A stretch of DNA of 49,767 nucleotides, the filler included, from Jimgerdemannia flammicorona (taxonomy: Eukaryota): assembly GCA_003990765.1 (NCBI GenBank). It is 2 parts of 2 records of this genome, joined end to end, with 100 filler letters (N's around TTAATTAATTAA, not from the genome) between each part and the next. Parts side by side here need not be neighbours in the genome. Positions count along the whole stretch, not along the records: positions 1 to 24,836 come from RBNJ01000916.1; 1 more part is not named here. One strand, 5' to 3'. Of the stretch, positions 1 to 11,232 are shown piece by piece (within the stretch, counting starts at the first letter, position 1; every line of letters starts with the position of its first letter). Position numbers and translations under genes: made by a program. The notes beneath the pieces are model-generated. The model did not search any database. It had not been told where the DNA came from and saw only the letters and a list, made by a program, of their open reading frames with translations.

Positions 1-3000
1 CCCTACCCCTTTCCAATGAAAGACCACTTTGTCTAACACCATCTCTACTCTCCCACCACTCTGCTCACAGATCCTTACCACCAAACAGTGATGTCGACCC
101 CCCTGAGGACCCCAACCCACCCACCATCCAGTCAGCAGATCCCCCAACAGCCCCTCCCACCTTAACACCTTCTTCTAGCCCCAACTGCTGTCCCTCCTCA
201 AATACAAAAAGCCAATGTCCTGCCAGTCCCACCCATACTGCTAATACCCACCCTACAGTAAGCCAACTATCACCCACCCCACCCACAAGTCGAGATCTCA
301 AGTCCACCCAGCGACCACCCTCCCCCCCCAGCCTCCTCCCCACACCTAGTCTATCACCTATTTCAGCCCAAAATTCCCCCAAAACCTCACACTCTCCCAG
401 CCAATGTTCTGGCATCTGTACATAACCCTCAGCTCGCCCCACATCATAACACTTCTCACATTCGAATCGTCCACCCTCTACCAAATGCCCCATGTAGAAA
501 TTCAGCATGACATTCCTCCACAACATTCTCCACCATACTACCCAGAACTTAGGAGGAAGCCACCTCCATATCTCTGCACTCCAAGACCAGATACCTGCCC
601 AGTCCCACTCCTCACTGATCCCTGCTGCCTGCCAGCCACTCGGCTAAAGATCCTGGCCAAGCCCCTGCTGACACTCCACTCTCTCTCCAATATCGAACAT
701 AGCCAGTGGAGTACCCCCCAGGAGCAGTCTATCCCAATGCCACATATTAGGCCCCCACACTGCCTCCCCCTCATTGCCTTGTCAGTGCAGGCCAATTCAG
801 TGCACTCCATCAGCCACTCCCCACCAAAAGCCCTTGAACCACAGCCTCTGAATTCCATCCAATCCCACCAAAGAGAGCAGATCTCTGGAGGACCCTTGAG
901 GGGATGTTCACATCTCCCATACCTTCTGTAGCAGAGGCACCCAACCTCCTCCCTGCAGGTCTACTGCTCTCCTCAACCACCAAGCTCGCAAGCAGTGCAG
1001 CCTCTTAGGGAAGTCCACCAGGCCAAGGCCTCCCCTGACTACTGGTCTTACAAGAGTATCCCAACTAACCTGGGACCTCCTCTCTGCCCAAATCCAATCC
1101 CTAGCCACCTTCGTCAGCTTCTTCACCACCCACGCTGGGAAGTCAAGGTGATATGCCACATACCACAGCTTGGGGAACCAATATATATTCAGGATTGACA
1201 CCCGCTCTGCTAGAGAGATCCAGCAGCCACCCCAACCTCGAAGGGCCTCCTCCCAAATCTTCACCCTGCTCTCTCACCACGCTTGTGGCAAGACAGAACC
1301 ATATACAGATAGGAAGATGCCCAGATACCGCACCACCTCTCCAGTAGGGACAATTGTTCCAATAACATCCCCACCCACTAGACCATTCCCTAGCACTATC
1401 ATCTCACACTTATGCCAGTTGAGCTTCACTCCTGAGTGAGCCTCATACCATTCCACAGTCTCCTGAAGTGTCTCTACATCTGCCACAGACCCAAGTCCAA
1501 CCACTATATCATCAGCAAAGGCCCCCACCTTCCACACTATATCATATATAGAGAGCCCTGCCACCTTCCGGCGAATCCTATCCATCAATGGCTCCAGTGA
1601 AAGGGCATAGAGAATAGGGGACAGAGGGTCCCCCTGAGGAACTCCTCTTCCCAAGGGAAATGCCCTCCCACAGTGACCATTATATATCAGAGCTGCCCAA
1701 CTGCTTTCCAGCAGACTCAACATAGAGGCCCTAAATCTTGTAGGCACACCAATTTGGTCCAAAACCTTGCTCAGCCACACCCACTATACACAGTCATAGG
1801 CCTTCTCCTGATCCAAAAAGACCAGCCTTCCATCCAGTCCACAGGCCCGGGCCCCTTCAATGATACCATGAACTCATGCAGTCCCATCTCTAATAAGTCT
1901 ACTCCCAACAAAGCCCTGCTGCTCCTCTCCCAGCACCTATTGGGCAACTTTCTGCAGCCTTGCAATAATCACCTTAGTCACCATCTTCCTGTCCATATCC
2001 AGAAGCATGATCGGCCTCCAGTTCTTCCAGTCTTCTCTCCTCTCCTTGTCTTTGTACAATAAGGCCACCAGTCCAAGATCCTGCTCTCCAACCCACTCAC
2101 TGCTCTGAAGGACATGGTCACAGAGAGCAGCCATCTCACCCAAAACTCCAGGGACATTTACCATCTTCTTCCAGAAGTCCCATGGCAATCCATCCTCCCC
2201 AGGTGCTGTCCCAAGTTTAGTCGCTGCCAGGATACTCTGGATCTCCTCTCCCTGCACCGGTAAGATCAAGTCTCCTAGACCAGCTACCTGCGGCAGCTCC
2301 CACTCTTCTAGTGTATCTGCAATATCTCTCTCATCAGCACTCCCTTCTCTCTCACTCCACAAACCCTGCCATCTCTCCTTCAGAACCCCTAAGATTTGTT
2401 GTGTGCCATGTACTATGTCCCCACCATCATCCAGGACCCCATCCCACCAATGTCGTACTCTCCTAGCTTTGAGAAGTCTTGAAAGATACCTAGTAGGCTG
2501 CTCCCCCTCCTCAAGCCCCTACCACCATAGCCTGGCAGCTATACCCCACATATGAGTCTCCTCCTCTTCCCTCAACATCTGTTGTAGTTCCACTATCTCT
2601 AATTTCACCCTTTCTATCCTCCAATCCTCCACCCCAACAGTAGTGAGCAAATCCACCCACTCCATTTGTAGTTTCCTCAGCCTGCTGGTAGCATACCTCG
2701 TGCACCTCCTCCTCTGCCTCCCAGCCTCACTACCAGCCCCTCCCCAATAAACTCTCGCAGCCTCTTTCAATCTCATCCAGCAGACAGCCACAGGCAGACC
2801 TTCACACTGTCAGATCAAAACTTTTGCTTGAATGTCCTCCACCCACAATTCCCACAACCCCTTCTCAGCCAGCAGGGAGGAGTTAAGGTGCCAATGTTCG
2901 GGTCCATCTCCACTCCCCCCAAACTGCCCCTGCCCCAACAGTCTCCAGTGATCAGACCATGGGCACCACTCCACTCCCAATGCCTTCCAAACATCTGAAC

Positions 3001-3628
3001 CCCAGCACTCTGCCATCAGAATCCAGTCAATTCTTGGGCTCAAGCCATTCACCCAATATGTGTAGACCCTGTCATCACCCCACCTTGTTCTGCCCATATC
3101 CCCTAAGGAACTCAATGTCTCCACCTCCTCCCATACATCCAGACCTCCACTTCTACCTCCAGTACTCCTCCCTCCATCAGTTCTGTCCAGACACTGATCC
3201 TGAACCATATTGAAGTCTTTACTGAGAACATCAATCCCTTCCTCCAAGAGTATACCCTCCTCCAGCAGCTCCCTAATCTACACAGTCCTCTCACCCCTAA
3301 CGGCAGGGCAGTAGCAAGAGCCCACCTTCACCGATTCCCACCCTGATCGATGCCAATCTCCCCAGACCAAGCAAATGCCCCAGCTCCTGATACCCCCCAA
3401 GTCTCCTCTGCCCCTCCTCACCAGAATCACTATCTTTCCAAACCAAGCAGCAGCCCCACCCCATTTTCTAGTCCACTTTACCTGCTCATCCTCATTCTCA
3501 CACCGAACATCCTGTAGTAAGAAGAGATCAGCCTCCAATCCCTTGAGCCAAGTAAAAATGTTCTTATGCCGCCCAGAGCCTCTTAACCCATTCACATTCA
3601 AGGAGAAAATGTTGGTTGTACTGTTCAT
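1..3628 (-). pseudogene. LINE ORF2 remnant (APE endonuclease + reverse transcriptase + Cys/His finger)
   Basis: MNSTTNIFSLNVNGL starts at 3628; GVPQGDPLSPILY and AFADD lie in ORF 1274-1780; CEKC-x14-HWLGEC lies in ORF 65-526. Confidence 0.9.
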
Positions 3629-3659
3629 TAAGAATACTGATATATCGTGATCCCATCCT

Positions 3660-5693
3660 CTACAAGTCTGCATTCCGCTCCTCCTGCACCAAGTCCAATT
3701 CATGTTCAGCAGCCAGTTCCCTCTCCCCAGCTTCCTGTGCTGCCAATTCTCCAAGAAGTTCCACTATTGGCCCATCTTCATACTCCTCAAAGTCCTCCTG
3801 ATACTCCAGACAGGCCTCCTGTCAGAGCCTCAGACCATGATGCTCTGCCCAACAGTATGTCACCTGTTCACCAGCAACCACCCCCAACTCTGTCTTCCTT
3901 ACCTCGTCAACCTCATATCCCTCCTTCTCCAGGAAAATTGCCAGAATTTCCACCTTCAGTACCTCCACCATTCCATCACCATACAGAATTCATGCCCAAT
4001 GCTCCTCAGGTATTGCCTGCAGGTCCACTTCCCCCAAAACCTCTGCTGCAAGATTATCCATCACCTTGCACATCCACAACAAGTTTCCCACCTCTTTCCC
4101 TCCTGGAGTCCCTGGCCGCCCTGCATCCAACATCGTGGTATTCGCTCCCACACTGGCAGCCTCATCCCACTTCTCCTCAGGGATATCCACCAGCTCCTCC
4201 TCACCAACTGCCACTACCTAACCCCCTTGTACCACATCAGGGACCCCAAAGTGCACCTGCTGGGCCCCCTGCATCCGTATATCCTCCATCATCCCTCTCT
4301 TCCCCACTGGGCCCCTCCTGATAAGTGGGGGGGGGGTGGCATCCAACTCTGGCTCCCACACTTTGAAGATTCCATCAGCAAATGGGTCCTTGTCCAGCAT
4401 CTTCCCAGCCTCTGCCTCCTTTGCCACCCTCTCCTCTCCTCCTTTACCTGCCCAGACACTGGCCTTTATGCCTCCAGACTCCCCAGTTCCAACTGACTTC
4501 TTCTCCACCCCTCCTGTCATACTGGCTAACAGCTCCCTCTGCCTCTGGCATCCCTGGGCCCACTCCCACTACTTCCTGTCCATATGGATACACTTCCTGC
4601 CCACAACCTCCAGATGTGTTGACTCCTCATACAGTTTCCAGGCTTTTGCCCTCCTCTCCACAGTACCACCCAACTCCTCCAGTACCTCTAACAAGTCCTC
4701 CTCCTCCTCTTCACTCCCTTTCACCCTCGATACCTTGCAGATGACAGCCCCCCACATCAGCACCGAAGGCCAGTCACTCATCTTCCCTGTGGCCTCTTTG
4801 CCTGCCAGTCGATTCCTGACATCGATATCACCTGTCCTGATTGTGGTCCCCTCTCACACCTGAAAGCCTATGTCTACCACATCACCGTACTCGACCATCA
4901 CCTCCTCCACCCTCTTCCTAGTCTCCTCCTTAGTCACTGTGGGCACCCCCCTCACTAAAAGCTGCACTACTCTGGGGTCCCACCTCAAGCACTACACCAT
5001 GGGGACCACCACCTCTCCAACTATGACTCCAGTCTTCAGGGCCTCATCCAGTAGGCCCACTTCCTCAAAACCCACCTCAACCCCCTCCAAGCCCTTCAAG
5101 AACTTCACCGAGGCTGCCCCCACCACCTGCTTCAAAATCAGCCCCAGAACCATCCTTGCCGTCACTGCCAAGCCCCGGAAGCACAAGGTGACCGCAAACT
5201 CCGAAATCGACTTCTTGAGCAATGGGGCCACCACCAGCCCCATTACACCATCTGCCAGGTCCCCCATCCACATCAAGAACCCCTGCCCCCCCTGGCCATC
5301 AGCCATCACATCTCTTTTTTTCTCCTGATTCACCGTCATACCACCATCAGCAGTCCTGCCACTACCCCCAGCAGCAGCTCCACTTCCACCATCTCCCCCT
5401 GGCAAAGGCCCAGCTCCTATGGTAGCACCATCCTTCTGCTTCACCTTCCCTCCTGCCTGACCACCATGGGATCCTGCTGGCCAACCCCCAGTCCTCAGCA
5501 TGTCTGCAAAGCTCCTTCCCTGCTGCCTTCCAGTCCCCCCACCAGTGCCACTTCTACTCCCCAAGCTGTCCTGCCCACCCAAGCCACCAAAAGACCCCAT
5601 CCCCAGTCCATACCCTCTCCTGACATGCTGCCAGTTGAAGGCCCCAGATCCACCTGACCTAGTATGTGTGTCAGCTTGCTTGCTGGTTGACAT
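3660..5693 (-). pseudogene. LINE ORF1 remnant (Gly-rich N-terminus, RRM-like core, acidic/coiled-coil C-terminus)
   Basis: Starts MSTSKQADTH at 5693. Fragments 4992-5693, 4569-4781, 4218-4520 and 3990-4214 align with ORF 19752-21224. Interrupted by stops and frameshifts. Confidence 0.8.
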
Positions 5694-5771
5694 TTCCTTA
5701 ATAACTTTCTCCAATAAACGACTTGAAAGTATGTTGTAAAGTGTGTGTAACATGAATTGTAGTGGACAGAG

Positions 5772-7030
5772 TCTGAGATTCCTGAGATCCTTGGTGTTTC
5801 GTGATATAATAGTCAAGCTGGATATCTGCAAGTGGTTTCCTTATTGGGACGGTTCTCTGGATGTAGCAGCGATTTGTGTCTTTCCTTCTTGGGTCAACTG
5901 GGAATGGCAGAATTTGTATATAGCATGAGCAGTTTCCTTCTTAAGTGACGATCTCTGATTTCTGCATGATAATCTGGCAATTTAGCAGTTCTCTTTATGC
6001 AGTTTCTGTGTGACAATCTCTGTGTAGTGTGACAATCTCTGCATGACGATCCTCATGTAGCATGATGATTTCCAAAAGTATGCAATTTCTGGTAGATAGC
6101 TCGATTTGGCTTGCTGGGAATTGTATGGCATGGATTCTTCTATACCAGGTTCACTGGGAATGTAGATAACTTGAAAATGGCAGATGACGTGGATTCTTCC
6201 AGATTTGGTGGCTTCAACTGGGAATACGGCAGTTAACTTAGAGATGGCGGATGATGTGGATTCTTTCTGAATCAGCAGACTTCTTGAAAACAGTGGCTTA
6301 ACTAGGAATAACTCAGATGGTATGAATTCTTCCGGATAGGGCTCTTCTGGGGAATATGAACAACTGGCAACGTTCTTTGAGAAAGAGTCTCTTGGTAAAT
6401 TTACATCAAAGACTAGCTTCATTTGCATGGGGTTACATCATAGACTGGCTCCACTGCGAAGTTGTGTCAGAAACTGGCTTGAGCAAGGTGGCTTTCTTGG
6501 GAAGACAGAGAATAATCTTGGAAATTGTGGCTTATTCCTTAAGTGGTGGGTTACTCAAAAGGTGGCGAAGTTCTTCTTGAACTTAGGTGGCAAATATTCA
6601 GGCTTATCTGGCAAGCAAACCAATCAATCTTTGTATCAGAAAGTGGACTGGAGTGGGAATAAGGGGACCAATTGCTCAATCTTTAGAGGCTTCTTTGGTT
6701 TGTACTTCAATTCGGACTGAGGTTTATTCACTCTTATCTCTGGGGTAATTTATACAAGTTGGTTGCTATCTGGTTACTATGTGGCTAACTATAGATCTAC
6801 TACTTATAGCAGATGTACAGAGTCTGTATGGTGTACAGGACCTATACAGTGTACAGAGTCTGTATGGTATATAGAGTCTGTACAGGTAAACAGACCCTTT
6901 CTGGTATGTCTGACTATTTATACAGTTTTCCGCAGCAATGGTTGCTGGTTACTAAGCTGTATGTTCATGTCATCTTGTTCGCATCATCTGGTTAAGATAT
7001 GATTTGGGTGGTATGTCTTGGCTTATCACA
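5772..7030 (-). repeat. Long (~1.26 kb) LTR, same family as 48026-49303
   Basis: Reverse complement starts TGTGATAAGCC and aligns along its length with 48026-49285. Contains the TATAAA...GAGTGAATAAACCTCAG core and ~18-bp tandem units at ~6812-6887. Confidence 0.85.
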
Positions 7031-7450
7031 ATATATATGTATACATATCTACTATTATAATAATAGTAGCATAATCTTTATAGGTATATGGGTGGATGAT
7101 ATTATTATTATTACTAGTAAGAATAGACTTAATAGGATCAAAGGAGCTCTATACTAAGAATTTAAGATATATATTAGATATGGGCAATACATCCTTTCTT
7201 TTATTAATATCTATTATATGTAATAGAAATACATATATTCTATATCTCTTATAAGAAACATATACCTAAACTATCTTTGAATAATTTAATATAATTAAAA
7301 TCAAGTTAAGAAAGTCTGATATTATACTCTAGAATGATAATGATATATCTACCAAAAGTAGTACTAATATTCCCTATTGGTAAGTAGTTAGTTCTTTTAT
7401 ATATCTTATTCTTGAAATAAGACCCAATATATTCTATATAGTGTAATGGT
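7031..7450 (+). mobile_element. Ty1/Copia reverse-transcriptase fragment, heavily decayed
   Basis: Manual translation gives IFIGIWVDDIIII (YVDD motif) at ~7075-7110 and PY..VVSSFIYLILEIRPNI (PYRxAVGSLMYL..TRPDI-like) at ~7372-7430. Confidence 0.7.
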
Positions 7451-8599
7451 GATCTCAGAATGATGACATCTGTATAGGAGACAGCTTTTTCTTATAAGCT
7501 ACTAAATCAGAATACAAGAAGATTATATAGCATAACTCACCCAGACTACAAGATGAGTAATGATGATCAACCATGAGTCATTGTGACCACAAAACAGACA
7601 TCTTAAAGAATATAAAAGAAGGATCAAGAAACCACAGTAGCAGCAATTTAAAAAAAACTCACAGAAATAGTTCTAAAGACTTACCATAAACAAAATACCT
7701 GCTGCTTACTAAATCTCAAGGTCTAGGAACCACCAAGGCCCCACAGTCCAGGAAAGGATATTCCAAGACATCAGAAGAGCCAGGGGGACTTGGCTAGAGG
7801 TCATATCAGTATCAGAGGGATCATTATCTTCTACTTTATTATCATCAAACTGGATTATATTGTAGATATCCTTTATAGTATATCCAATTTGGGGCATTTG
7901 CAGAATGTGGTCATCAGGGTACAGAAAGGTTCTGTCTGTAGTTTAAATATACTCAATATACTTATGGTTGAGTTCTTGTACCATATCATCAATTTGGCTA
8001 TAGAATAGAATAATAATCATTTTAGTAGTAATAACTCAGAGATAGAGAATAAAGGTGCTATACTCATAGAAAAGTTCTCAGTGTTTATTGGTGATGAATT
8101 TCTGGTATTGAGATATCTGAGTAATATCTGTATTATAGTGATGTTCAATTATAACTTCCAGGAGGTAGCTGATCTGATAGTAGCTTGAGATTTGTCTGAT
8201 TCAGTAGGCCTCACTAAGCATGTTCAGAGTGTTCTATTGGACTTCTATGAAGTAGAGAGATATGAGGCTATGGATATTCATAAGGGGCAGAGAGAGTGTA
8301 GCTCAGTTGATAATGATATTCCAAATATCAGTATAGATATAGTTGTAGATCTCAGTAGTTATGTTTGTATATATATTCAAAAGTTAAGATTATTTGTTTG
8401 ATTTGTTATAGTTCTCTATTTTGATGCATCTGAGTACTCAGTATATATATATTCAATCCTAATTAGTAAGATTCCATTTATGTAAATCTTATATTCTGTG
8501 ACTTCAAGTTGACTCAGCTTTATGTACTATGACTTTGGTTTGACTCAGCTTTGTAATCTTATATGTAATTTTCAGATTTGTTTAAAGGGTAATGTGTGA

Positions 8600-10648
8600 T
8601 TTCAGTGGCTTGAAGGTTGTATATTTATAAAGAATCTTAAGATTTTTAATAAGATTCTGATTGATAAAGTTACTGACTACTCTATTATAAATGAGTACTT
8701 GAACTTTCTTTATTTTAACTAGAATTTTAAAGATAAATATAATTTGAGCTTAGTTCTCAGATAGACTTACTACTTGGTCTATATTTTCAAAGCCTTTTTG
8801 ATATTATTTAATTAAAAATAGTTCTTAAACTTCAACAATCTTAAACTGACTTATTTTTTCTAGAATCATTTGTATATATAACTTAGTATCTTTTTTTAAT
8901 AGTGTAATTTATTCTTCTGATTGATAAGTAAGACTTGAACTTATTTATAATAATCTAGATCAATTATATTAGCATCAATATCTATATAGATAATAATTAA
9001 TACTGAGTTCTGATCTGACTACAATTTTTACATAATGTCTTTTAAGGTATTAGACTACAACCTTAGTAAGTATTAGAGCTCTTTCTTAAACTGAAATAAT
9101 AACTTATTTAACTGAGTATAAGTTAAGTCCAATGACTCTTTCTGATTGATATTAAGAGATCTAGACCTTCAGATATAGCTTGATCTTTTGTTCTAGTTGA
9201 TTGATAGTAGAATTAATAGATATAAATATCTTTGAACAATATAGTGACTGGTCTGACTGATTTACTTATCTTCTTAGGATATTTAATTATAATATATCTA
9301 GTCTGATAATAGAAGAAATATACTTCTGACTTCTTTAAATATTGCTTCTCTTCTAGCATAAGTTTGGTATTCTTCTTATTTATGAAGTTTAGGTCTATTA
9401 GAGCTAATCTTACTATTTTGAGCTAGTTCTTATAGTGATTCTCAAAGTTGTTTTTCTTATAGTATTTTGATTTAAAGTAGTAGTTATAGATAATGATATC
9501 AAATCTATCAGCTATTCTCATAGCTTCTTTAAGAGAGTTTGATTCTTCTAGCTCAACTTTAATATATATATTTTCTATAATATCAGATAATTTTAAAAAA
9601 ATTGATAGAAATTATACATTATAGCTTTATATAGACTTAAGTTACTTAATGTTTACTAGTTTATCTCTGACTAGTTTGATAATATTAATAAGCTTAAACT
9701 GCTTGTAAAGGACTTTCTTGAATATTACTCAATTTTCAACTCTTATTCCTCAATAGATAGAGATAGTTATAATATGATTATACTATTAGATAGTTATATT
9801 TTCTCAGAGAAGAGTAGAGGTAAATTAGACTTATATATATTTTTCTATTTTTGTAAGCTCAAAGTATTAGTTCAATTAAAAGATCTAGATATTAATAGAT
9901 GATTCTCCTCAATAGTTATCAAAGATATCTAGCTTAAGTAATTTGAAACTAATAGATATAATTATAGAGTAAGCTACTGCAGCTATACTTTTTACTTTCT
10001 ATTACTTTAATTATATATACTTGTAATTTTTAGATCTAATATATCAAAATAATAATTATCTCTTCTAGATTAATTTATGTCTCTAGGTCTATATCTTCTA
10101 TTACAGATAGGTCTAGATAGTTGACTGGTTCTCTAATATTTATTTTAAATTTACATATATAACTAGTTATGACTAAGTTTTTAAATTTGTATAGAGTTTC
10201 TTAATAAGATACAGTATAACTTTACTACTACTACCAAGTATAATAGTTTTAATTTCTTTAAGAGAAAGTGACTAAATCTGAAAGATTTTAGTATACCTAA
10301 AGTAGCTTATAGAGATACTTGTAGATTCAAAAAGTCTTGAAGAATTTCTAAAAAAAAATAAGCTAAGCTTTATTTAAATAGAAAAAGAGAATATTTATAT
10401 AAGATCTAAAAAAAGATTCAGAAGAATCTTAGAAATGAAAAGAAGAGCCAAAAAAATAGTTCTTGATAAAGATAACTAATAGAATTCTATAATATTACAA
10501 AAGATTCTATAACTAGCTTAGATAAGAGGATTTCTAAGCATTTAGAAGATACTGGAATATTATAGAATATTTAGGAAAAGACAGGAAAAGACTAGAGAAA
10601 AGATGCAAAAATATACTATAACTAAGATATGATTAAGAAATTATTGTA
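8600..10648 (-). mobile_element. Ty3/Gypsy 5' fragment: LTR (10239-10648), PBS-like site and decayed gag
   Basis: LTR matches 42308-42785 and is followed by TGGTAGTAGTAG (decayed PBS-like). Gag remnants: KVELEESNSLKEAMRIADRFD, ALIDLN (PMDLD-like) and a mutated zinc knuckle at ~9276-9323. Left boundary approximate. Confidence 0.75.
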
Positions 10649-10900
10649 AAGAGATTAGTATTTTAAATAGAAGAAAGAACAAATTAACAATTTTGTAATC
10701 CTGTATTTATAGCTCAAGATGAATAGTTTTATTATTTTCTATTATCATTTATTTTATTTTTGCAAGAATTTTTTTTTCTATTTTATAAAATTATTTCGTA
10801 ATTAAATTACTAACCATTCTGATCAAGCCCCCGATTGTGACAATCAGCAAATTGACAATTTCTAAAAATAATTCTTGGCGCTTTAGTGAACCCCTCTTTG

Positions 10901-10973
10901 CTGATGCGACTTTCCACAAAAGGAAACTAAGCATCGTTCAACATTCAATCAGGCTTGTGTCAAACCTCTCATG
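10901..10973 (+). repeat. 73-bp imperfect direct repeat (second copy 13493-13565) containing a CArG-like box
   Basis: CTGA(T/C)GC...TTTCCA(C/T)AAAAGGAAAC...ATCAGG(C/G)TTGTGTCAA(A/G)CCTCTCATG is present in both copies over the same span. Confidence 0.65.
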
Positions 10974-11144
10974 GTATGTGGGAAAGTCTTGGCAAGATGA
11001 CAAAGTCTTGGCACGTTGACAAAGTCTCAATCCTGGATCGGAACTTCGGGATGACTCGCGGGAACCCATCAAAAGGACCGGACACCCCGATGCGGGATTT
11101 CCGGAGAGGATACGCCATTGGGGATTGTCTTATAATCTTAAACC

Positions 11145-11179
<35 letters not shown>
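11145..11179 (+). promoter_or_regulatory. 35-nt poly(dA) tract ~55 bp upstream of the start codon
   Basis: Uninterrupted A run. Poly(dA:dT) tracts are established nucleosome-disfavouring promoter elements in fungi; the function here is inferred. Confidence 0.5.
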
Positions 11180-11181
<2 letters not shown>

Positions 11182-11232
11182 CCGAAGATCCATTATTGAC
11201 AGACTGCAAATTTTTTAGTTAAACACAAAGCT

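Larger units (their letters stand above)
1..5775 (-). mobile_element. L1/Tx1-like non-LTR retrotransposon, copy 1 (5' end present, decayed; 3' end at or beyond window start)
   Basis: On the minus strand: ORF1 remnant, then APE endonuclease (IFSLNVNGL, DFN, RIDW, WSDH), RT (WRPIMLL, QGDPLSP, AFADD, RYLG) and C-terminal CxxC...HxxxxC. Homologous to the plus-strand copies at 14502-24836. 5' boundary approximate. Confidence 0.93.

Noticed and set aside
404..5739. Many Pro/Ser/Thr-rich plus-strand ORFs, and their minus-strand equivalents over 14605-24437
   Set aside because: Antisense shadows of the G-rich LINE; C-rich strands are poor in stop codons.
5982..6428. 148-aa ORF in the LTR (counterpart region 48853-49281)
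   Set aside because: Shared peptide snippets reflect DNA homology; the reading frame is not maintained between the two LTR copies.
7450..8600. Decayed sequence between the Copia and Gypsy fragments
   Set aside because: Probably TE-derived, but no motif could be assigned.
10955..11218. Poly-Lys and poly-Phe ORFs
   Set aside because: Translations of the poly(dA) tract.
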